Notes under the pieces: model-generated | Database searches by the model: none | What the model was told of the DNA's origin: nothing | The model's input: only the letters and a program-made list of their open reading frames with translations | Shown here: positions 1-8,291 of the stretch, in pieces | Layout: every line of letters begins with the position of its first letter | How positions within the stretch are numbered: the stretch's first letter is position 1 | Program-made: the position numbers and the translations under genes | Assembly: GCA_017511375.1 (NCBI GenBank) | Contig: JAFWKJ010000011.1 | Location: forward strand, 4,023 to 68,022 | Direction: 5' to 3' | Source of the DNA: Bacilli bacterium | Lineage (GTDB): Bacteria; Bacillota_I; Bacilli_A; RF39; UBA660 | Length of the DNA: 64,000 nucleotides

Positions 1-1100
1 TGAGAACTAATACTTTTAGGATCACAGTCACTTATTACAGAACTTTCTTCATTTCCCTCAGGATCTGAACAAGTTTGATAGACCCTAGTCATTTCTTTAT
101 TAGTTCCATAAGTTCCTCCTGTACCTCCTTCTAAACTCAACCATTGGTTTTGAAGAAGAGTAGATCCTGATGTATCGGACGTAGGGATTGTTTTAGGATA
201 AGAGGATGCGCCAGATCCTGTTGCATAGTCCTGATCAATACCGCATTCTGGTATCGTATAATCAATTTTTACGGTTTGATCTGCTGGACATTCTTCACTT
301 TCATTATCGGCAAAATCATAAACATATCCACCTTTTCCAACCCCTCTTGCTCCTGCATTTGTAACTTCCATCTCTTTATCATAAATACAATATTTACTTT
401 TAGACGTATTACAATCACTATTAACTATCGAACTTCCTTCATCTTTACATACCTGAGAAACCTTTGCTTTTTCTCTTGCTGGTCCTGCTCCACCATTAGC
501 AAGACCTATCCAGCCATAATTAGTATTAAGAGGTGTCTTTCTAAGGTCATTAGAAGTAGAAGTAAAGTTTCCAGTACAATCATCACTTCCCCCAGTTCCT
601 GTTCCAAAACTTAGATTCGTTGTACAAGTTGGTAAAGTATAATCGATTTGTACCGTTTGATCTGCTTTACAATCACTATAGTTTCCAGCAATATCGTGAA
701 TTTTTCCACCTTTTCCATTTCCCAATGCTCCTGCAGTATCGGTTTGTATTTCTTCTCCATAAACGTAACTCTCCATGTCATCAGGGCAATCACTTCTTTC
801 TCTATCTGCATTATCATTTGGACGTGGATCGGTACACACCTGAGTAACTCTTGCTTTCTCATATTCCTGGTTTGTGCTTACTTTTTTTCCGTCCTTTAGC
901 CCTAACCATCCAGCAGCAGATAAAAGCCCTGTGGTAGGATCACCGAATTTAGTTTGATTTCCTCTATTTTTTGCTACTGAATATTCTATCTTGTTTGAAC
1001 ATTCAGGATGCGTTCTATCAATATTTGCTTTCATCACAACCGTAGTACAGTTTCCTGCTTTATCACACATAGTAAACATAGCAGTCCTTTTTCCTTCTCT
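1..1100 (-). repeat. Tandem in-frame coding repeats (period about 381 nt, or 127 aa) inside the giant pilin gene
   Basis: The string gtttgatctgct recurs at 274 and 655, an offset of 381 nt. The encoded motifs are CPADQTVKIDYTIPEC and CKADQTVQIDYTLPTC, with a degenerate third copy (DKAGNCTTVVMKANIDRTHPEC) near 1000-1080. The GW(L/I)GL...V(T/S)QVC...SDC spacing is also shared. Confidence 0.6.
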
Positions 1101-2609
1101 ATATAAACGCAAACCCTCAATTTTCGCACTTTGTAACCCTTTTTCTGCCAATTCTAATGTTGCTCTGTCTTTTACATCATCATAAACTGTGGAAGTAAGA
1201 ATTCCAGATGCCTCAACTCCATTATCTTGTTCTGCAGATTCATCGCTTAATGTAGTACTATTATCTTTTTCATTAACTTCCCACTTATAATTATATAAGT
1301 ATAAATTATCCGTAACTTCAGCATCAATAATGACTCCATTTGGATATTTATCATCATTCATCCAAGTATTAACCAAATCGGAATATGCATCAACAGGAAT
1401 CGTTCCAGTTGGCATGACATTTTCTTTTGGTTTATTATCTTGAACCGTGAACGAATCTAATACTTTTGCACCTCTTGATCCATCTGCTTTTGCTTTATAA
1501 ACTGTTAATTTAACAGTTGGTGCTTGTAAGTCTACATTAACCCTTGCATAACAATCTGTTTCATTCACTGCTTTCGCATTATCAGAAATAATAACCAAAC
1601 TCCATCTTGCACCAAAATTATAATTAACTTTGCCAGATGGTGACATCGCATTATATGGCCATGTTTGACTGAATTTTTGTCTCTTACATCCTGAACCATT
1701 TTCATTATCTTTACAATCTACCGTAATACGACGAGATGCCACCTGTGTATCAAGTATCGTCTTATTAATCCAATCATCATCATCTGTTGCTTGTCCTGAT
1801 ATTTTCTCACAAACTGGTTTTGTTTGGTCTTGGAAACTTCCTACACCCCCTCCAACAATTTCAGAGGTATAATCAAGTCTTCCACCTTCCACATTAAATA
1901 CTGTTACTTCTACATATATTCTAGAATTACCCGCAATATCAACATAAGAAGATAATTTTTTTGACTTAATATCAATAGACTTTTGTTTATTTCCTTTAAT
2001 AGATCCAGAATTATATACTTCTCTAACTCCAGATCCAGTATTTACCATAATTGCATATTGATAACTATATATTTCTTTACTATTTTTAGTTTGTCCACCG
2101 TAAATGGTGAAAGTGAAGTCAGCATTCTTAACGGCACTAGTATCGAACTGATTATCTTTTGTCACACCATGAAATTCAAAGTTCACAACAGATGGGCTTT
2201 CTGGAATAATTTTGTCAGGTACTATGTCATCTCCACAATATAAATACGTGGTATAAGAATAATCATCTTTTCCTAATTTATAGACACGAACAAAAGACTT
2301 CTCCATACAACTTTCGCCTTCATCGTTTTTTACATCTTCCTTCAAGTAGTTGTTATCCCTTAGCTTGCTAATTGGAATAATTGTTTCATCACCAATTTGC
2401 TTTGGAAATAACTGCCTATTTGCCTGCAAATAAAGTTCTGCAGCCATCGTAACACTTTTACGACTCTGCTCATTATGTTCATCATGTGCACTACGAACAT
2501 AACGGTTAACAGCTGTAATTGCAATAACAGATAAAACTCCCAAAATTGCAATAGTTGCTAAAAGTTCAACTAAAGTAAAACCTTTTTTCTTACTCTTTTT
2601 TCTACCCAT
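1..2609 (-). CDS. Giant type IV pilin-like protein (prepilin-type N-terminus), partial; the 3' end runs off the window
   Basis: The minus frame is open from the ATG at 2609 (GGGAG RBS about 11 nt upstream) to position 1. It is absent from the supplied track, presumably because there is no stop inside the window; no sub-ORFs are listed in that frame. My hand translation begins MGRKKSKKKGFTLVELLATIAILGVLSVIAITAVNRYVRSAHDEHNEQSRKSV, which is a class III signal with the G/FTLVE cleavage-methylation motif. This is followed by a C..CG pilin-head module and tandem Ig-like modules. Confidence 0.8.
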   Translation of the reverse strand, partial: MGRKKSKKKGFTLVELLATIAILGVLSVIAITAVNRYVRSAHDEHNEQSRKSVTMAAELYLQANRQLFPKQIGDETIIPISKLRDNNYLKEDVKNDEGESCMEKSFVRVYKLGKDDYSYTTYLYCGDDIVPDKIIPESPSVVNFEFHGVTKDNQFDTSAVKNADFTFTIYGGQTKNSKEIYSYQYAIMVNTGSGVREVYNSGSIKGNKQKSIDIKSKKLSSYVDIAGNSRIYVEVTVFNVEGGRLDYTSEIVGGGVGSFQDQTKPVCEKISGQATDDDDWINKTILDTQVASRRITVDCKDNENGSGCKRQKFSQTWPYNAMSPSGKVNYNFGARWSLVIISDNAKAVNETDCYARVNVDLQAPTVKLTVYKAKADGSRGAKVLDSFTVQDNKPKENVMPTGTIPVDAYSDLVNTWMNDDKYPNGVIIDAEVTDNLYLYNYKWEVNEKDNSTTLSDESAEQDNGVEASGILTSTVYDDVKDRATLELAEKGLQSAKIEGLRLYREGKRTAMFTMCDKAGNCTTVVMKANIDRTHPECSNKIEYSVAKNRGNQTKFGDPTTGLLSAAGWLGLKDGKKVSTNQEYEKARVTQVCTDPRPNDNADRERSDCPDDMESYVYGEEIQTDTAGALGNGKGGKIHDIAGNYSDCKADQTVQIDYTLPTCTTNLSFGTGTGGSDDCTGNFTSTSNDLRKTPLNTNYGWIGLANGGAGPAREKAKVSQVCKDEGSSIVNSDCNTSKSKYCIYDKEMEVTNAGARGVGKGGYVYDFADNESEECPADQTVKIDYTIPECGIDQDYATGSGASSYPKTIPTSDTSGSTLLQNQWLSLEGGTGGTYGTNKEMTRVYQTCSDPEGNEESSVISDCDPKSISS

Positions 2610-2653
2610 ACTAACTAACACTCCCTAGACTTTCTACTATAAAATAATTATAT

Positions 2654-2693
2654 AAAAAAAAAAAGAAAGATAAAGACATTTTTAGTCTTTATC
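2654..2693 (-). terminator. Intrinsic terminator after the 2716-3084 gene
   Basis: Perfect 9-bp inverted repeat GATAAAGAC/GTCTTTATC (2669-2677 and 2685-2693), followed on the minus strand by a run of 11 T. Confidence 0.6.
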
Positions 2694-2715
2694 CTTCTTT
2701 TTTATATATAGATAA

Positions 2716-3084
2716 CTATTTCTTTCTAGGTTTTCTATTTTTCTTCTCCATGGATCTAAAATCATAAAACTTTCTAGCCCAATCAAATACTTCTTTTGCA
2801 CTTTCTGTGATTCCCTCTAATGAATCTAAATCACAATCAATTAATTCTTGTAAATTGGTAATATTATTTCTTTGTAATATTTCTATCTCCCAAGGATAAA
2901 ATACATGATTTTTTATCCACCAATCCATATTGAAGTAAGAATTTAAACCTTTCTTTTGTATTTCTTGTCTAGTAGAAATAATAGTATCAAGATCATGTCT
3001 AAATGTTCCCATACTTGCATATTGAGAAGCAATTTTTCTTAATTTCTTTAATTCATCTAAACTATACTTTTCTAAACCTTTCAT
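2716..3084 (-). CDS. Hypothetical small protein (122 aa), possibly with a helix-hairpin-helix-like C-terminal half
   Basis: ORF track entry 2716-3099. I moved the start to the ATG at 3084 because GGGGGAG lies 5 nt upstream. No confident family match by eye. Confidence 0.45.
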   Translation of the reverse strand: MKGLEKYSLDELKKLRKIASQYASMGTFRHDLDTIISTRQEIQKKGLNSYFNMDWWIKNHVFYPWEIEILQRNNITNLQELIDCDLDSLEGITESAKEVFDWARKFYDFRSMEKKNRKPRKK

Positions 3085-3189
3085 AACTACTCCCCCCAAT
3101 TGGTAGACACATTATACCATATTTTTGTCATTTTTGCAACCAACTCCCTCATTTTATACGATATAATAAAAGAGATAGAAGGTTTTAAT

Positions 3190-3780
3190 ATGAAATTTGA
3201 TTTTAATAATATACAATTTGATTATAATTCCAAAGTCATCTTAACTTATTTATTTATATGTTTAGGAGCTTGGTTTTTAAATGTCATCACAAGAGGAAAA
3301 ACAAATAAATTATTCTTTGAAAATTATCGTTCTTCTCCTCTTAATCCCCTAACCTACATTAGATTATTTACCCATGCAATTGGTCATCAAGATTTAGATC
3401 ATTTAATTAGAAACTTTTTATATATTTTATTAGTAGGCCCTATGATAGAAGAAAAATATGGAAGTACAAATTTAATTATCATGTTTTTAATAACTTCTTT
3501 AGTCATAGCTCTATTTAATATTATATTCACAAAATACACAGTCCTAGGAGCCAGTGGAAATGTATATATGTTAATTGTTTTAAGTTCTTTCACAAATATT
3601 TCAGAAGGAAAAATCCCTCTAACCGTTATTATGATATTAATATTTTATATTTTAGGAGAAATAAAAGGTTCTCTTTTAGATAAATCCAAAGTATATCACG
3701 ATGGCCACTTAATAGGAGCCTTATGTGGATTATTATTTGGAATCTATTTTCTCTATTTCAAATCTTTTCCATTTTTTTAA
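3190..3780 (+). CDS. Rhomboid-family intramembrane serine protease
   Basis: Multi-TM protein with GASGNVYML (the GxSG catalytic Ser motif) and a downstream HLIGALCGLLFG (catalytic His followed by GxxxG). Start set to the ATG at 3190, which has an AGAAGG RBS. Confidence 0.7.
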   Translation: MKFDFNNIQFDYNSKVILTYLFICLGAWFLNVITRGKTNKLFFENYRSSPLNPLTYIRLFTHAIGHQDLDHLIRNFLYILLVGPMIEEKYGSTNLIIMFLITSLVIALFNIIFTKYTVLGASGNVYMLIVLSSFTNISEGKIPLTVIMILIFYILGEIKGSLLDKSKVYHDGHLIGALCGLLFGIYFLYFKSFPFF

Positions 3781-3817
3781 AAATATGATAGAATACCATT
3801 AGAAGGAGTGATTATTT

Positions 3818-4822
3818 ATGAAGAAAACAATTCTTACCGGTCTTAGACCAACAGGGAACTTACACTTAGGACATTTTTTTGGTGCCGGAAAGACATGGCG
3901 TGAAATTCAAGATGATTACGACTTTTATTTAGAAATTGCAGATGTACAAGCTTTAACAGATAATTTTAATAACCCAGAAAAAGTAAGAAAGAATGTATAT
4001 GAAATTACAAAAGATTTACTCGCAATAGGATTAGATCCAGAAAAAGTTCATTTCTTTATTCAATCTAAAATTCCACAAATTGCAGAATTAACAGTTTTTT
4101 ATTCAAATCTTGTAACAGTTTCTAGATTACAAAGAAATCCTACAGTCAAAACAGAAATAGCTCAAAAAAAAGAATTATTTGGAAATGATGGAGAATCTAT
4201 TACGTATGGTTTCTTAGGATACCCAGTAAGTCAAGCTGCCGATATTACATGTTTTGAAGGCGAAGTTGTTCCTGTAGGAGATGATCAACTACCTCTTCTA
4301 GAACAATGTAGAGAAATTGTTAGAAAATTTAATTCTATCTATGGAGAAACTTTAGTAGAACCACAACATCTATTATCAAACACCCCAAGAATTAAAGGAT
4401 TAGACGGAAATGAAAAAATGGGTAAAAGTCTAGGAAATGCTATCTTCCTAGTAGATGATGATGAATCCATTCAAAAGAAAGTAATGGGTGCTATTACAGA
4501 TCCAAATAAAATAAAAAAAGATGATCCTGCAAACCCAGATATCTGTATGGTTTACTATTATCATAAACTAGTAAATAAAGAAGAAAATACACAAAGAATT
4601 TGTGCAGAATGTAAAAAAGGAGAAAGAGGATGTGTTGGTTGTAAAAAAGAATTAATAGAAGCATTAAAAGAATTCTTAAAACCAATTCAAGAAAAAAGAA
4701 AATTCTATGAAGAACATCCAGAGGAAGTAGATAAAGTCCTAGAAAAAGGAACAAAAGATGCCCAAGAAAAAGCAGATAGAACCATAAAGAAAGTAAAACA
4801 AGCTATGAAGATAGATTACTAA
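3818..4822 (+). CDS. trpS: Tryptophanyl-tRNA synthetase carrying a C-terminal Cys cluster
   Basis: Class I aaRS motifs: TGNLHLGH (HIGH-like) and KMGKSLGN (KMSKS). Length 334 aa and overall TrpRS-like sequence. Cys motif: C-x18-C-x2-C-x6-C-x2-C. Confidence 0.85.
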   Translation: MKKTILTGLRPTGNLHLGHFFGAGKTWREIQDDYDFYLEIADVQALTDNFNNPEKVRKNVYEITKDLLAIGLDPEKVHFFIQSKIPQIAELTVFYSNLVTVSRLQRNPTVKTEIAQKKELFGNDGESITYGFLGYPVSQAADITCFEGEVVPVGDDQLPLLEQCREIVRKFNSIYGETLVEPQHLLSNTPRIKGLDGNEKMGKSLGNAIFLVDDDESIQKKVMGAITDPNKIKKDDPANPDICMVYYYHKLVNKEENTQRICAECKKGERGCVGCKKELIEALKEFLKPIQEKRKFYEEHPEEVDKVLEKGTKDAQEKADRTIKKVKQAMKIDY

Positions 4823-5033
4823 TCTATCTTTTTTTTATTGATAAAAAAAGAAGTAGAAAAAAACCAAGTAAAAAAAGATAGAATTCCCCTCTTCCTAATA
4901 GAAATAAAAAATACTCTTTCATATGATATCCAAAAGATAATAAATTAGTATCAATCATCATAATAGTAAAACCAAGACTCATAAAAATAATACTAATTAT
5001 AAATAATATAATTCTCATAATAAACTATATGAT

Positions 5034-5058
5034 AAAAAAAAGAACCTATTCAGGTTCC
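5034..5058 (-). terminator. Intrinsic terminator overlapping the rmuC stop codon
   Basis: On the minus strand, GAACCT-GAAT-AGGTTC is followed by T8. Confidence 0.6.
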
Positions 5059-6131
5059 TCTGTATTATCATATTCTATCTTGGCCATATCCACTTTGTTA
5101 ATAGTATCAAATTTTTTAGAAATCTTATCGGTCGTAATGGATACATTTTCTACATCTTTATTAACAGTTTGAATACTTCTAGCTAACTTATCCCATCTTT
5201 CTTTATATCTAGCAAATTCTAATCCTAATTTGTTTAATTCTTCATGAATAATAGAAGTATACTTATCTCTCTCCATATTCTTGATAATCATCTCAATAAC
5301 TGTCAAAGTAGATATCAAAGTAGTGGGACTTGTAATCCACACTTTTTTCTTATAAGAATAATTAATGATATCAGGATGATAAGCATTTATTTCTGCAAAA
5401 ATAGCTTCGGCTGGTAAAAACAAAATGGCTTGATCTGCGGTTTCTCCTGGAATAATATACTTATCATGAATGGCATCAATATGTTTTTTCATATCTACTT
5501 TAAATTGTTTTTCATATTCTTCACGTTCTTTAGGTTTTGCATTTTTATCTACCATTAATTGGTAATGTTCTAATGGGAATTTAGAATCAATACAAATTGT
5601 TCCTAAAGGATCAGGTGCAAAAAGTACAGCATCCGCAATAACCCCTGTTGAGAAAGTATGTTGAAGTCTATAAACGGATTCATTCTTCTCTCCAAAAACA
5701 TTCGAAAGAATATGTTTTAAATTGACTTCTCCATAAATACCTCTTGTTTTTTTATCGGTTAAAACACTTTGTAAACTGACAATATCTGTGGAAAGTGTTT
5801 CAATTTTTTTCTGCGCTTCATCTATTTTTGAAAGTCTTTCAATAACATTCATAAAAGTTTTATTTGTCTTTTCAAAATTTTGATCTAATCGCTCATTTAC
5901 TTTTTCATTCATCAAAAGAAGTCTCTTCTCTACTCCTTCATTGAACTTCGTAAAATCATCATTCAGTGTATGAGACATTTCTCCTTTAAAATCACTCATC
6001 TCTTTCACCATTTGTATTTCTAATCGTCCTAGTCTTTCTGTAATTTGTGCTTCATTTATATTTTTCACAAGAGACAAAATTACTAAAATAATTAAAACAA
6101 CTAATAAAACAATAATAACAATATCCATCAT
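5046..6131 (-). CDS. rmuC: DNA recombination protein RmuC
   Basis: N-terminal TM, a long coiled-coil and a C-terminal RmuC-like nuclease region (ILFLPAEAIFAEI, WITSPTTL). AGGTGA RBS. Confidence 0.8.
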   Translation of the reverse strand: MMDIVIIVLLVVLIILVILSLVKNINEAQITERLGRLEIQMVKEMSDFKGEMSHTLNDDFTKFNEGVEKRLLLMNEKVNERLDQNFEKTNKTFMNVIERLSKIDEAQKKIETLSTDIVSLQSVLTDKKTRGIYGEVNLKHILSNVFGEKNESVYRLQHTFSTGVIADAVLFAPDPLGTICIDSKFPLEHYQLMVDKNAKPKEREEYEKQFKVDMKKHIDAIHDKYIIPGETADQAILFLPAEAIFAEINAYHPDIINYSYKKKVWITSPTTLISTLTVIEMIIKNMERDKYTSIIHEELNKLGLEFARYKERWDKLARSIQTVNKDVENVSITTDKISKKFDTINKVDMAKIEYDNTEEPE

Positions 6132-6136
6132 ATCAC

Positions 6137-6715
6137 CTACTCTAAATTCATTTTTCGATTAATCATTTTAGAAAGAATAAAAGCGAGTCCTAACGTAACA
6201 AGAATATAAATAATAGATTTCATATCCGTAAGACTTTCTAATAAACTTTTACCAATATAGCCCCAGAAGATAATGGAAAAACATTTCCCAATCAACAAGG
6301 CACAACAAAATTTTTCCTGAGACATCCTCGTTAAACCACATAAAATATTAACTAAAAAAGATGGCGTAAAAGGTAACGTAATAATGAGTACTAATTCTGT
6401 AAAACGTATCTTTTTAAATTTATCAATTCCTTTTTTTATTTTTTGAACTGTTTTCTTATTCATATATTTTTGTGTTACTTTTTTTTCAACAAAACTAAAG
6501 AACCGGTAACAAATATAACTTCCTAAGCAAGTGGCTATCCAAGAAATAAAAACTCCCAGTAAAAAGCCAAAGGCATTTACATTCAAAGCTACAAAAGCAC
6601 ATAAGGGTAAAGCTGGAACAAAGCATTCAAGAAACACCAAAAAAAAGCCTACAAAAACCCCTCCGGAAGAAATAAAATCCGTACTATGTCCCACAAAATA
6701 TTCAATGGCATTCAT
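6137..6715 (-). CDS. TVP38/TMEM64 (DedA-related) family membrane protein
   Basis: 192 aa, multi-TM, with a typical SNARE-associated/DedA-like layout. Lies 5 nt from the rmuC start. Confidence 0.6.
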   Translation of the reverse strand: MNAIEYFVGHSTDFISSGGVFVGFFLVFLECFVPALPLCAFVALNVNAFGFLLGVFISWIATCLGSYICYRFFSFVEKKVTQKYMNKKTVQKIKKGIDKFKKIRFTELVLIITLPFTPSFLVNILCGLTRMSQEKFCCALLIGKCFSIIFWGYIGKSLLESLTDMKSIIYILVTLGLAFILSKMINRKMNLE

Positions 6716-6750
6716 AGCATCACCTTCACGTTTATTATAGTATATAATCC

Positions 6751-6996
6751 TTATTTAAACAAGTGATTCACATATCCACCTTCTATGTTGACACAATGAT
6801 ATCCCTGTTTATTCAAATAAACTACTAAGATTTTACTTTTTACTCCTGTATCACAATATAAGTAATAAGTTGATTTTTTATCTAAATACAAATCTGGATG
6901 TAAATATAATTCAAAAAAAGGAATATTACGAGCATCTTTTAAATGTCCTTTTGCATATTTAGAAGCATCTCGTATATCAATAATCATTCTATGCAC
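6751..6996 (-). CDS. Single-domain rhodanese-like protein
   Basis: 81 aa with DIRDASKYAKGHLKDARNIP and the active-site loop YCDTGVKS. Confidence 0.7.
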   Translation of the reverse strand: MHRMIIDIRDASKYAKGHLKDARNIPFFELYLHPDLYLDKKSTYYLYCDTGVKSKILVVYLNKQGYHCVNIEGGYVNHLFK

Positions 6997-7012
6997 CTCC
7001 TAAATATTTAAT

Positions 7013-7044
7013 GCAAAAAAAAGAATCTATCTTATGATAGATTC
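7013..7044 (-). terminator. Intrinsic terminator closing the 27.5 kb Tad/T4SS array
   Basis: Perfect 9-bp inverted repeat GAATCTATC/GATAGATTC (7023-7031 and 7036-7044) immediately after the TAG stop at 7045-7047, followed on the minus strand by T8. Confidence 0.7.
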
Positions 7045-8277
7045 CTACTTAACTGTATATGGATCTGTCTCTGTTCCTTTACCAGAAGCAGACATTACAT
7101 TACTATTTAAATAGATAACAGGACGAACCCTAGAATAAGAACTTGCCCATTCTACCGTAGCAGAACCATCTCGACCTATTTTGAAAACTTTACAAGTTGT
7201 TGAAGAATCAGGTGTCATTAACCACCAATCATCTCCTAAAACCAAATAATTATAATTCATACAAGATTTTGTTTCTGCACTTTTACAATTAGAATCAAGA
7301 CTTGCATATAAATAATCAGATAGTGTTAGTAATCCCAACTTTTGGTTTTGAACTTTTTGACGGCACTCCTCACTATTCGTTTTAGACTGACTCGTCGCAG
7401 TTCTTCCCCCTACACATAACGTATGAGCAACAATTTTAGATCTATCTTTATCAGATAATATTTTTTCTCCCATATCTTCATCAGGATTCACATATATTTT
7501 TTCCATATATTCTTTAATTCTACTTACACTATATTTATTAAGGCCTGCTTCATAAGCCATTTCTTCATTATAACGATCATCCCATGGTTGAGAATATTCA
7601 ATTCCTGTAGAATGAATTAAAACAACATTTCCCTCTGGAGTAATTTTAACAATTCTCCATAAATTTTCTTCTAATTGAACCCAATTATTAACTTGTTCTC
7701 CGCGGAAAACATAATTTCCATTATAACTATATAATCCTTCTCCACTAGAAGTAACTGGATTATCATTTTGTACTTTGGTAGCTAGTGGTACAGAATTATA
7801 GTTCGAACCACAATTCAAGAAAGGTGTATACACATACTCTCCACCAACTTTTTCTACCTGTACTTTTCCTGTACAAGGTTCCCCATCATTTCGATAACTT
7901 GATAAATCATTCATCTTTCCAGCATATACCAAATTAGAAGAATCGATTTCCACAACATCTCCATCATTTTGAGGTAAACTATCAGGATAATCTGCAAAGT
8001 AAGAAATAGCCGCATTTTTCAAAATGTTTTCAATATCTTCATACTCATAGGATCTAGAAGTAAATAAAGAAGCAATGAATAAAATCAATAAGAGAAGAAG
8101 GACTGCCCCTACAATCACACCCATAAGTAGGAACAATCTTTTTTTAGGATCAAGATCTTTACTTATTAAACGTCTTGAAGAAGAATCATCCTCATCGTCA
8201 TCTTCATCTAATTCAATTTCTTCTTCTTCGTATTCCACTTCATCTTTATTTGGTTTTTTTACTATATTACCATTCAT
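7045..8277 (-). CDS. Membrane-anchored surface protein: acidic cytoplasmic N-terminus, one TM, pilin-head-like module, beta-rich C-terminal module
   Basis: N-terminus EYEEEEIELDEDDDEDDSSS, then the TM LFLLMGVIVGAVLLLLLILFIASLF. Next comes an A..Y....P..LP...G...C...V.V......Y.Y..FLNCG module shared with 31139-32947 and the giant pilin. The C-terminal end is ...VRPVIYLN...GKGTETDPYTVK. GGAGG RBS. Confidence 0.6.
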   Translation of the reverse strand: MNGNIVKKPNKDEVEYEEEEIELDEDDDEDDSSSRRLISKDLDPKKRLFLLMGVIVGAVLLLLLILFIASLFTSRSYEYEDIENILKNAAISYFADYPDSLPQNDGDVVEIDSSNLVYAGKMNDLSSYRNDGEPCTGKVQVEKVGGEYVYTPFLNCGSNYNSVPLATKVQNDNPVTSSGEGLYSYNGNYVFRGEQVNNWVQLEENLWRIVKITPEGNVVLIHSTGIEYSQPWDDRYNEEMAYEAGLNKYSVSRIKEYMEKIYVNPDEDMGEKILSDKDRSKIVAHTLCVGGRTATSQSKTNSEECRQKVQNQKLGLLTLSDYLYASLDSNCKSAETKSCMNYNYLVLGDDWWLMTPDSSTTCKVFKIGRDGSATVEWASSYSRVRPVIYLNSNVMSASGKGTETDPYTVK

Positions 8278-8291
8278 ACTTATCCTCCTTT

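Noticed and set aside
276-2551. Track ORFs 276-614(+), 611-862(-), 620-847(+), 648-899(+), 991-1185(+), 1983-2243(+) and 2360-2551(-)
   Set aside because: All lie inside the long open minus-strand frame of the giant pilin gene (1-2609), either in other frames or antisense. Their translations are low-complexity (S/I/F/C-rich), as expected for shadow ORFs in AT-rich DNA.
3100-3189. The TTG-initiated N-terminal extension of the rhomboid ORF, and a possible promoter (TTGCAA...TATAAT) in the same stretch
   Set aside because: The extension has no RBS, and a good RBS plus ATG is present at 3190. Promoter spacing is ambiguous (17 nt to TACGAT, 22 nt to TATAAT), so I did not call one.
4824-5018. 64-aa hydrophobic ORF between the convergent trpS and rmuC genes
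   Set aside because: It has no RBS and lies downstream of the rmuC terminator hairpin (5034-5058). It consists of A/T-run-derived F/L/I/K codons. Probably spurious, although a real small membrane protein cannot be excluded.
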